DNA of 64,000 bases from an uncultured Selenomonadaceae bacterium (GCA_905234175.1 CAJOGX010000005.1:785-64784), one strand, 5' to 3'; shown: positions 29,379 through 37,564, counted from the stretch's first letter. Notes: generated by a model from the letters alone, not told the origin. Numbers and translations are program-made.

Positions 29379-30574
29379 CTGACTGGCGCGTTTACGAAAA
29401 GCGGGGCGCAGAATTTTACAAGCTTGGCGATGCTGAGGGCGCAGCTCAGGCGTATTTTGAAGCGGCGCGGGCGGATACGATTTTGAGGAAACAGCGCGAG
29501 CACTGGTCGAATTACATTTTCGCGCTGCACTACCTTCCGCAGTCGACGGCGCAAAATTTTTATGACGCGGCGCAGGTTTACAATGAGCTTTATCGTGACG
29601 TGGAGCCGCTGAAACTTTTGCCGAGGAAGGCTGGGAAAATTCATGTGGCGTACCTTTCGCCGAGCTTTGTGGAGTCGTCAGCTGCCAGATTTTACGAGGC
29701 GCTGTTGACGGAATACGACCGCGAAAAATTTTACGTGACGGCGTGGGATTTGTCGGAGCGCGCGGACAGTTTCACGGTGAAGATTCAGCGGAGCGTCGAC
29801 GGCTATTTCAACATTTCGGAGACGAGTTTTGAGGAGGCGGCGCAGGCTATTCGTGACAGCGGCGCGGATATTCTTTTCGATTTGGGCGGGCACACGGTTG
29901 GCGGCGAGACGCTGGAAGTTGCGGCGTACAGACCGGCGCGCGTGCAGATTTCGGGCGTTGGCTACTTCGACACGACGGGGCTCAGCGCGATTGACTATTT
30001 TCTGACGGATAATTTTCTGGCGGGCTCTCAAACTAAGTTCACGGAAAAAATTCTGGCTGTCGAGAATGCGTTTGCCTTTACGCCGAGCGAAAAAATGATT
30101 CGTGCCAGAGAAAATCTCAACTGGCGCGTGAAAAATTTTGCTTACGGCTGCCTGAATAATTTTATGAAAATCACGGACGGTTATCTTAGCGGCGTGAAAA
30201 AAATTCTGGCGAAAAATCCTGGCGCGAAGATTTTGTTCCGCGATACGACGCCGCTGGAGAGCCGAAAAAATTATCTGCTTGAGCGAATTGACAGCGCTGG
30301 GATTGAGCTTGAGCGCGTGGAAGTTCGGACTGGCGCAAACGATTTTCTGAGCGATTACGCGGAAGTTGATTTGATTTTGGACACGGCTCCTTACAACGGC
30401 GGTTTCATGACGGCGCTGGCGATTTTTATGGGCGTGGCTGTTTCGACGCGGGCTGGCGAACTTCATCACAGCCGGATTGGCGCTGACCTTGTGCGAATTT
30501 CTGAACGCGGCGCGCTTTTTGACACGAAAAATTTTGTTGCGAAGGTGTACGATAAATTTGCGGAAATTGTGTGA
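29375..30574 (+). CDS. TPR + GT41-like (SPINDLY/O-GlcNAc transferase C-terminal) glycosyltransferase
   Basis: The GTGA overlaps the thioesterase stop. VAYLSPSF...DILFDLGGHTVG...RPARVQISGVGYFDTTGL..IDYFLTD matches the GT41 catalytic region as I remember it. Confidence 0.7.
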   Translation: MTDWRVYEKRGAEFYKLGDAEGAAQAYFEAARADTILRKQREHWSNYIFALHYLPQSTAQNFYDAAQVYNELYRDVEPLKLLPRKAGKIHVAYLSPSFVESSAARFYEALLTEYDREKFYVTAWDLSERADSFTVKIQRSVDGYFNISETSFEEAAQAIRDSGADILFDLGGHTVGGETLEVAAYRPARVQISGVGYFDTTGLSAIDYFLTDNFLAGSQTKFTEKILAVENAFAFTPSEKMIRARENLNWRVKNFAYGCLNNFMKITDGYLSGVKKILAKNPGAKILFRDTTPLESRKNYLLERIDSAGIELERVEVRTGANDFLSDYAEVDLILDTAPYNGGFMTALAIFMGVAVSTRAGELHHSRIGADLVRISERGALFDTKNFVAKVYDKFAEIV

Positions 30575-31319
30575 CCTGCTGAGCTTTGTGCCGCCGAATT
30601 TTTCAAGCGACGCGGCAGTTTTGCTGATAGACTCGCCGGAATTTTTAGCTGGCGTGCGGGAACTCATGCCGAATGCGCAGATTTTCCAGCTGGCTTTGGA
30701 AGACGCGCTGCCGGTCGAGCCGAAAATTTTCGACGTGATAATTTCTCCGAACTGCCTGACGTTCGCGCGGGACTGCTATTGGAATTTGCTGGAACTCAAC
30801 CGGCTGTTGAAAGATTCGGGGTTCCTGCTAACGCAGTTTCTGAACGTGCGGTTCGTGGGAGTGCTGGAAAATTTAAAGCGCGGGGCTTTTCCGGCGGGCG
30901 AAAAAAGATTCTGGGCGAAGCGCGACGTAGTAAAAATTTTGGACGACGCGACGTTCAAGGAGATAAGATTTTTGCCAGGCGAGCGCGCGGAAATTTCAAC
31001 TGCCGCGTGGGAAGAATTTGGATTTGACAACTTCAGCGAAGATTTATCGACGCGGGTTTGGCTGGTAAAGGCGTGCAGGTGCACAGCGGAAGTGGCGGCG
31101 CTGAAAGAAATGTACACGCCGGAGGTTCGCGCGGAACTTTCGCGGCTGATTCATCGCGTGGAGTACGGGATAGACGCGGAAAAAAATTTGCAAGCGCTAG
31201 TTGAGCTGTGTCGGCGGGAAAAAATTTTCGTGGAGTATCTGGCGGACTTCGTGGAACAGGTCACGGTACACGCGGCGGCGGCGAAATTTATTCTGGCGGC
31301 GGTTGACAAATCAGTTTGA
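30567..31319 (+). CDS. probable class I SAM-dependent methyltransferase
   Basis: The TTG at 30567 overlaps the GT41 stop; an alternative GTG is at 30588. FDVIISPNCLTF...LNRLLKDSGFLL resembles post-I/II methyltransferase motifs. The C-terminal half is helical. Confidence 0.55.
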   Translation: MCDLLSFVPPNFSSDAAVLLIDSPEFLAGVRELMPNAQIFQLALEDALPVEPKIFDVIISPNCLTFARDCYWNLLELNRLLKDSGFLLTQFLNVRFVGVLENLKRGAFPAGEKRFWAKRDVVKILDDATFKEIRFLPGERAEISTAAWEEFGFDNFSEDLSTRVWLVKACRCTAEVAALKEMYTPEVRAELSRLIHRVEYGIDAEKNLQALVELCRREKIFVEYLADFVEQVTVHAAAAKFILAAVDKSV

Positions 31320-31349
31320 CTTGTGTAAAATTATTGAGCTTTTAAAAAA

Positions 31350-31423
<74 letters not shown>

Positions 31424-31441
31424 CTAAATATTTTTTGGTGT

Positions 31442-31671
31442 GAGCAACGGCTAGGGTCTTGGTTCGCGTCGCGCTTGAATTTTCTCAGCTTCGACTTCGG
31501 TCGGGGCTTTTTGGTTTGAGCAACGGCCAGGGTCTTGGTTCGCGCCGCGCTTGAATTTTCTCAGCCTCGATAAGCGTCGGGGCTTTTTTAGTTCGAGCAA
31601 CGGCTAGGGTCTTGATTCACGTCGCGCCTGAATTTTCTCAGCCTCGATGAATGTCGGGGCTTTTTTATTTT
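31442..31671 (+). repeat. three tandem 76-77-nt tRNA-derived units, each ending in a hairpin + T-run
   Basis: Units are 31442-31517, 31518-31594 and 31595-31671. Each starts gagcaacggc (= tRNA positions 22-31), then gggtc...ttcgcgtcgcgc (T-arm-like). Each ends gcctcga-N6-tcggggc + T5-6. Confidence 0.9.
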
Positions 31672-31680
31672 ATACGTGCC

Positions 31681-31708
31681 TTGACAGCCTGCAACGGGGG
31701 GGTATTAT
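31681..31708 (+). promoter_or_regulatory. near-consensus sigma70 promoter of the GTPase module (TTGACA - 16 nt - TATTAT)
   Basis: ttgaca at 31681-31686 and tattat at 31703-31708. This implies a ~100-nt leader before the GAAGGAGG RBS and the ATG at 31816. Confidence 0.65.
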
Positions 31709-31815
31709 ACACTTAAATTTATAGCGCAAAAATATTTCTGGAAATTGTCCCAGCGTACCAACAAAACGGAAAATCTTTGTGCTATGCTTGAAAAAAATTT
31801 GAAGGAGGCGTTCAA

Positions 31816-33864
31816 ATGAGCGATATTCAACAGGAGCTTGCGGCGTGCCGAGAATCTGCCGAAATTGGCTACCAGCTCGCGCAGGAAAGTTTTGAAAAGC
31901 TGCAGGAGGCGCTTGAAGAGGAGCGCGAAAAGCTCCGTGAGGCAGACCGCCGCCAGCAAAGTTCGCGGCTGGAAAACGACAGTCATTTTCAGGATCAGCT
32001 TTGGGAAATGAACCGGCTGGAGCGTGAGACCGTCAGTAGCGTCGAAGACAATCTGCGCGACCTCAGGAAAAAAATGGCGGACTTCACGATAGTTTTGTAC
32101 GGGCGGACGATGGCCGGAAAGTCGACGCTTATGGAAATTCTGCGGCACGGCGACGGCAGTTCAATCGGCAAGGGCGCACAGCGTACGACGCGGGACGTTC
32201 GCGCCTACACGTGGAACGGCTTGAAAATTTTTGACGTACCTGGCACCTGTTCGTTTGGCGGAGAGAGCGATGATAGACTTGCATACGAGGCGGCAAAGGA
32301 CGCGGATATTGCGCTGTTCCTGCTAACGGACGACGCTCCACAACCTTCCGAGGCGCAGCGTTTAGCCGAACTGCGCAAGCTCGGCAAGCCGGTTCTCGGT
32401 ATAGTCAACGTCAAGCAGGTTTTGTCGCCGGAGCGCAACAGTGCCAAGCGGAAAATGGATTTGCGGCAGCTCGATAAAAAAATTCACGATAAGACGCGGC
32501 TTGAGGAAATCGTCCAGCAGTTCAAGGAATTTTCAAAGGACAAAGGCTACAACTTTGAAGAGGTGCCGTTCGTGTATTCGCATTTGCAGTCGGCGTTTTT
32601 CTCCCAGCGCGAAAATGATTCGTCACTTTACGAGCTCAGCAACTTCGCGGCGGTGGAAAATTTTATTATTGAGAAAGTGCAAAACGACGGTCCATTCATT
32701 CGTATAAAAACTTTCGTCGACGCCGTTGCCCGCCCAATGCAAAAATCTATCGCCACGCTTTACGGGCAAAGCAGCGAAACTGTCAAGGCTTGGAAAAGTT
32801 ACGGCGACAAAATCACAGCGCTCAGGGAATGGCACGAAAGTTTTCTTAGCCGCGCTCAATCTCGCTACAACAATTTCAGAGACAATCTTGAATCGCAGCT
32901 GAACGCGAAAATTAATTATATCGTGAATAATTATTACGATACGTCACGCGCTGGCGAATACTGGATGCAGGCTGTCGAGGAGCTGAACATTGCGCGGCAG
33001 TGTCAAAGTTTTATTGAAGGAATTAGCGAGGAAGTTACTGATAAACTGCACGAACTCAGCGACGAACTCACGCAGGATTTGGAATATGCTGGCGTTGATT
33101 TCAGTGCGCCGGAAGTTTCGTACAAGGATACTGACGATGTTCAGGGCGGTTTGTTGCTTGCGGCGCCGTTTTTAGCGCTTACTCCCGTTGGTTGGGCAGG
33201 CGCGGCACTTTTTGGTTTAGGCTCGCTGCTTTTCGGTAAAAGTAAATCTGAGAAAATCGCAGAAGCTAAGCAAAAACTCCGCGCTGAATTAATTCCTTCC
33301 CGTGACGAAATTCTTAGTAAAACTACAGACAGCGTTTTAAATACGCTCAACGGGCAAATCATTGAAAGGCAAATAGTTGGCTTTGGAGATACGCTTTATT
33401 CTATGAGGGACAGACTGGCAGACCTTGCCTATGCTCAAAATGCCATAGCTGACACGATTAATTTCCAGTATCAGGACTTGAACTTTAAAATGCTCGTACG
33501 CGCGGCTATGTATTCTAACGTTGAACCCGACAAATTTTCAAACGTTACTACCGCTCGCATTGTTGGCAGGGAATTTGTTATCATTAATGCGACAAGAATG
33601 TATGTACCAAGCCAGCGCAAAATTTCTAACCTGATTGGCGAAAAAGTTACCGTTTATGAAGTAACCGCCGAGAATTATTTCGACGAAGTATTTAATAACG
33701 TGCGCGATAACATTCTCAATTATGAGTTCAGCTTCACCAAATTTTACGAGAACGAAGATACCGGCGATATGTACATAATTCTTCTGCCGCGCTACGAAAA
33801 TTTCTCGGATACACAGATTGAACTGACGCAGCAGCTGTTCAGCGACCCCGTTGTGTTTTATTAA
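31816..33864 (+). CDS. large P-loop GTPase with N-terminal coiled coil, helical stalk, membrane-hairpin segment and unknown C-terminal domain (dynamin-like, atypical)
   Basis: 682 aa. G1 GRTMAGKST (32101-32127), RTTRD, G3 DVPG. NVKQ stands where NKxD is expected. A hydrophobic Gly/Ala/Leu segment lies at 33145-33237. Confidence 0.8.
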   Translation: MSDIQQELAACRESAEIGYQLAQESFEKLQEALEEEREKLREADRRQQSSRLENDSHFQDQLWEMNRLERETVSSVEDNLRDLRKKMADFTIVLYGRTMAGKSTLMEILRHGDGSSIGKGAQRTTRDVRAYTWNGLKIFDVPGTCSFGGESDDRLAYEAAKDADIALFLLTDDAPQPSEAQRLAELRKLGKPVLGIVNVKQVLSPERNSAKRKMDLRQLDKKIHDKTRLEEIVQQFKEFSKDKGYNFEEVPFVYSHLQSAFFSQRENDSSLYELSNFAAVENFIIEKVQNDGPFIRIKTFVDAVARPMQKSIATLYGQSSETVKAWKSYGDKITALREWHESFLSRAQSRYNNFRDNLESQLNAKINYIVNNYYDTSRAGEYWMQAVEELNIARQCQSFIEGISEEVTDKLHELSDELTQDLEYAGVDFSAPEVSYKDTDDVQGGLLLAAPFLALTPVGWAGAALFGLGSLLFGKSKSEKIAEAKQKLRAELIPSRDEILSKTTDSVLNTLNGQIIERQIVGFGDTLYSMRDRLADLAYAQNAIADTINFQYQDLNFKMLVRAAMYSNVEPDKFSNVTTARIVGREFVIINATRMYVPSQRKISNLIGEKVTVYEVTAENYFDEVFNNVRDNILNYEFSFTKFYENEDTGDMYIILLPRYENFSDTQIELTQQLFSDPVVFY

Positions 33865-33877
33865 GGAGGGCGGCGCA

Positions 33878-35542
33878 ATGACGAATTTTCAGCTTGAAGA
33901 ATTTGTGCGGCGCGGCGGCGTTTTGCTCAGCGATACCAGAAAAATTTTCGCGGACTACGACGGCCTCGGTTTGGAATTTAAGCCGCTGCCCGAAACTATG
34001 AAACCGGCTGAAGGTCCTATCAAGCTCGTGTTCGTTGGGCAGTACAGTTCCGGCAAGTCCAGCATAATAAAAATGCTCAGCGGTATCGAGACGGAAATTG
34101 GCGCCGGTATCAAGACGCAGGAGGCGCATACCTACCGCTGGGGCGATTTGGAAATTATCGACACGCCTGGCATTCATACAGAAATTCGCCCCGACCACGA
34201 CGAGAAAACTTACTACGAAATCGACCACGCCGCGCTTCTTATTTTCGTCGTCACCAACGAAGGCTTCGATGACCGCATGGGCAAGCACTTCCGCAAGCTC
34301 GCCATTGAACAGGATCGCGGCAAAAATATGGTGCTGGTCGTCAACAAAATGGACAGGACGGGTCTCGGCAACGTCCCAGAACAGCAGGAAGTTATCGCGC
34401 AGGATTTGAAAAAAGTTATCGAGCCGCTCACGCCGGAAAGTTTGTACCTCAGCTTCCTCGACACTGAATCTTATTTCGCGTGGCTGGACGAAACCGACGA
34501 AGAAATTAAAAATTTGCTGTACGAACAGAGCGGCCTTGAAAAATTCGTTACGAATCTTAACGCGTTCGTAGCAAGTCGCGGAGTACTTTCCAAAGTTCAG
34601 GCGCCACTCGAAACGCTCAAAAGCGCCGTCACCAACGTTATCGGCGAATCCGAAAACTTGAGCGTCGACCGTGACATTGACGCGGCGGAAGAACTTTTGC
34701 GGCGCCGCCAGAAAACGCTCCTCGACGGCAGGCGCAGAATCAATACCGAAATCAGCGAGCTTGCCGAAACGCTCTGCACGAAAATCAAAACCGAGGGATC
34801 CAACGCCGCCAGCAAAATCGTCGCCGGCATAAGCGAGGACGAAGCCAAACGCGTAGTTGAGGCCGCCCAACTTCAGGCGGAAACTTACGTAAGCGCCTAC
34901 AAATCCCAAATTTCCAGCCGCCTCGCTGATATCTGTATCGAAATCGGAAAGGAAATTGACACAATCGACAGCTCCAATTTCGCCGTGAACGTGCAGGTTA
35001 ATCTTAGCAACCGCATTTCCAGCGCCCCCAGTAACGACGCCAACGCGCTTACTCTGACGAAGAACGCACTTTCTTTGGACGTTGCGCTGACTTCAGGTGA
35101 GGTGGCGGCTAACAGTTCCGGTCTTATCAGCACTGTCAAGGAAATTGGGAAGTTCCTCGGCTTCAAATTTGCGCCGTGGGGAGCCGTCAATCTCGTCAAA
35201 TATCTCGGCTGGATTGGCGCTGCGTATTCCGCCTGGCAGATTCTCAAAACGCTTTTCGGCGAAGATAAGCAAAAAAAAATGGAGGAAGACCTCCGTAAGG
35301 CGCGAGAAGAAATTCAGAACGGTTTCAACGCGGCGGCTGAAAATATTCGCACGGAAATTATTCGCGAAACGACCAGCAAAATGGACGAGCTTACCGCGCC
35401 AGTCCTTCGCGAAGCCAACGATAAAATTGCGGAATTTCAGCGCAAGAAAGACCGACTCAAATCGCTGGGGCACGCGCTCCAAAAAATTCTCGCAGATGTC
35501 AAAACGCTGATGAGCGAAGTCCAGCAGACTGCAAAGGCGTGA
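33878..35542 (+). CDS. dynamin-family GTPase (bacterial dynamin-like protein)
   Basis: 554 aa. ATG lies 8 nt after AAGGAGGG. G1 GQYSSGKSS (34037-34063), G3 DTPG (34160), G4 NKMD (34343). A long charged helical region and a hydrophobic segment FAPWGAVNLVKYLGWIGAAYSAWQIL follow. Confidence 0.85.
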   Translation: MTNFQLEEFVRRGGVLLSDTRKIFADYDGLGLEFKPLPETMKPAEGPIKLVFVGQYSSGKSSIIKMLSGIETEIGAGIKTQEAHTYRWGDLEIIDTPGIHTEIRPDHDEKTYYEIDHAALLIFVVTNEGFDDRMGKHFRKLAIEQDRGKNMVLVVNKMDRTGLGNVPEQQEVIAQDLKKVIEPLTPESLYLSFLDTESYFAWLDETDEEIKNLLYEQSGLEKFVTNLNAFVASRGVLSKVQAPLETLKSAVTNVIGESENLSVDRDIDAAEELLRRRQKTLLDGRRRINTEISELAETLCTKIKTEGSNAASKIVAGISEDEAKRVVEAAQLQAETYVSAYKSQISSRLADICIEIGKEIDTIDSSNFAVNVQVNLSNRISSAPSNDANALTLTKNALSLDVALTSGEVAANSSGLISTVKEIGKFLGFKFAPWGAVNLVKYLGWIGAAYSAWQILKTLFGEDKQKKMEEDLRKAREEIQNGFNAAAENIRTEIIRETTSKMDELTAPVLREANDKIAEFQRKKDRLKSLGHALQKILADVKTLMSEVQQTAKA

Positions 35543-35546
35543 TTCA

Positions 35547-36008
35547 ATGAAAAAATTTTGGCGCCCAGCTATTGATAAGGCGGACAAAATTTCCAAAATA
35601 CCAGACAACATTTCCAAAATCGCAGACGACGTTTCAAAAATTGCTAATGGCGCTCCGAGAAATTTGCCGCTGGAACCGAAAAAGAAAGATTCACAAAGCG
35701 TGCTGGCGCTCTTCCAGACAGCGCAGCGGTCAATAAAACAAAAAATCGCACCTTCCAAAACCATTCAGGAAATTTTTCAGGAGGCGCAGAAAACCGCGCG
35801 AAAATCCGCCAGAGCAGCCGAAAAAGTCCGGCAGAAATCGCCGCCGAAAATTCAATCCGCAATATCTGACGGAGTATCGTTTTTCATATTAAAATTTATA
35901 TTAGCTGCCGCCGCCATCATTTTTTTATTGTCGAGCATAAATTTAGGTTCAGTTATAGTTTTTATTTACATGATTTGGCTTGTTATCAAATTAATTATCA
36001 GCGATTAG
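35547..36008 (+). CDS. small membrane protein with N-terminal ISKI-type repeats and two C-terminal TM helices
   Basis: 153 aa, starting 4 nt after the GTPase-2 stop. DKISKIPDNISKIADDVSKIANG is followed by a Lys-rich linker, then FFILKFILAAAAIIFLL and VIVFIYMIWLVIKLII. Confidence 0.6.
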   Translation: MKKFWRPAIDKADKISKIPDNISKIADDVSKIANGAPRNLPLEPKKKDSQSVLALFQTAQRSIKQKIAPSKTIQEIFQEAQKTARKSARAAEKVRQKSPPKIQSAISDGVSFFILKFILAAAAIIFLLSSINLGSVIVFIYMIWLVIKLIISD

Positions 36009-36988
36009 CCGAGCGCCAGCCTCAGCCGCAGAAAATACGATTCAGCCAGCAGCCTCAGCGCCGCATTTGAGCGCAGCCGCCGCTGAGTTTCCGTCCCCGC
36101 GTCGAACAGTTCGCAGAGCGTTTCGGCGGGGATTTTTATTTTCGCCAGCCGCGCTTTCAAGTCCGCGTTGAACGGTTCCGCCGCGTCCGACAAATAAACG
36201 TCGCGCAGGATTTTTTGCACGTACGAAACGAACTCGCTGAAATTTTCGCGCGTCCACTTGTCAACCTCGGCGCCCCTGCTGAAAATATCTTCGACGGAAA
36301 TTTTCTTAGCGCAGAGCTTTTCGATAAGGTCAATGGCAGATTCGCGCAGTTCATAGCCGCCGGAATTTTCCAGCCGGAGCGCGCGCCCTAAACTTCCGTC
36401 CGCAATCAGCGAAATTGTTTCCGCGCGAGATTTTTCGACGCCGCGAAGTTCCAGCGCAGTTGCAATTTCAGAGGCGGGAATTTTTTCAAAGTTTACCGTG
36501 ACACAGCGCGACCGCACCGTCATGAGCAAGCCCGCGCGATTCGCCGTGACTAAAATGAACAGTGACTGCCCCGTTGGTTCCTCAAGCGTTTTCAGCAGGC
36601 AGTTCGCCGCCGCGTTGTTCATCAGCTCAGCGCCGTCGATTATTACCACGCGCCTTTCTGAACGCATTGGCTTGACGGCGGTTTCAGTTTGCAGCGCGCG
36701 AATCTGAGCAATTTTGATACTCGGCGCGGTCTTGGATTCTTCCGGCTCGACAACCAGAAAATCTGGGTGACTGCCCGCCGCCATGAGTTTGCAACTTTCG
36801 CAGACGCCGCAAGCCTCGCCGGAATTTGGATTTTCGCAAAGGATAGCCGCCGCGCAACTTTCAGCGATTTTGCGCTTGCCAATACCAGCGGCGCCGGAAA
36901 AAATCACAGCGTGCGGGAATTTATCCTCAGCGATAATTTTCCTGAGCTGGCTGATTCGCGCGGCGTTCCCAAAAATTTGCCCGCCCAT
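36005..36988 (-). CDS. holB: DNA polymerase III subunit delta'
   Basis: 327 aa. HAVIFSGAAGIGK, a Cys-rich zinc module CGVCESCK, and VVIIDGAELMN. It directly follows yaaR. Confidence 0.9.
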   Translation of the reverse strand: MGGQIFGNAARISQLRKIIAEDKFPHAVIFSGAAGIGKRKIAESCAAAILCENPNSGEACGVCESCKLMAAGSHPDFLVVEPEESKTAPSIKIAQIRALQTETAVKPMRSERRVVIIDGAELMNNAAANCLLKTLEEPTGQSLFILVTANRAGLLMTVRSRCVTVNFEKIPASEIATALELRGVEKSRAETISLIADGSLGRALRLENSGGYELRESAIDLIEKLCAKKISVEDIFSRGAEVDKWTRENFSEFVSYVQKILRDVYLSDAAEPFNADLKARLAKIKIPAETLCELFDAGTETQRRLRSNAALRLLAESYFLRLRLALG

Positions 36989-37444
36989 TTACATATACAA
37001 ATCGACGAGCATTCCGCGAATGGCGTCGTGACTGGCAACAATGTCAAGCTTGTCCGCCTGCCCGAGGCGAATTTTTTCAGCCATTTCCTCCAGCTTGCGG
37101 TCGATTTTCCGCACGGTCGTGAAGACGCGCTGCCTGCCCATTCTGTCCCAGCCGCCCGAAACATTCAGCTCGTACATGTTGCTGACCGCCGCGCCCACGA
37201 AATTTTTAATCATCGTGCGATATTCGCGCAGTTCCTCATACGTCGGCGTTCGGCTGAGCTTACCGGCCTGCTCGTCAATTTTCCTGAGCATTGCCTCCAT
37301 TTCCTCATGTGAAACGCCCTCGTTCTGCTGGTCGAAAAGTTCCTCCGCGAAAGTGTTATCCTTTTCGTGAACGCGCCCGCCGCTGTCCTTCATAATCTCG
37401 AACGGCGACTGCGGCGTCGGCATCGTTCCAATTTTTACTGCCAT
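36989..37444 (-). CDS. yaaR: DUF327 (YaaR) family protein
   Basis: About 151 aa. It holds the conserved position immediately upstream of holB. Start is uncertain: ATG at 37444 or GTG at 37453. Confidence 0.7.
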   Translation of the reverse strand: MAVKIGTMPTPQSPFEIMKDSGGRVHEKDNTFAEELFDQQNEGVSHEEMEAMLRKIDEQAGKLSRTPTYEELREYRTMIKNFVGAAVSNMYELNVSGGWDRMGRQRVFTTVRKIDRKLEEMAEKIRLGQADKLDIVASHDAIRGMLVDLYM

Positions 37445-37530
37445 TTTTATCACTCGCTTTCAACGCCCAAATTATAATTCACTGAACAATTTTCAGCAAG
37501 CAAAATACGAAAAAAAGGCGCTCCATGGAA

Positions 37531-37562
37531 TAAAAAAAGAGGCGCCCCATGGACGGGGCGCC
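37531..37562 (-). terminator. intrinsic terminator downstream of the lactate permease gene
   Basis: Minus strand: ggcgcccc-gtccat-ggggcgcc (8-bp GC stem) followed by tcttttttt. A half-copy, ccatggagcgcc + T7, follows at about 37511-37530. Confidence 0.8.
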
Positions 37563-37564
37563 CC

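Noticed and set aside
31442-31671. Possible CRISPR array.
   Set aside because: The units are contiguous with no unique spacers. The period is 76-77 nt, the units resemble the adjacent tRNA, and no cas genes are in the window.
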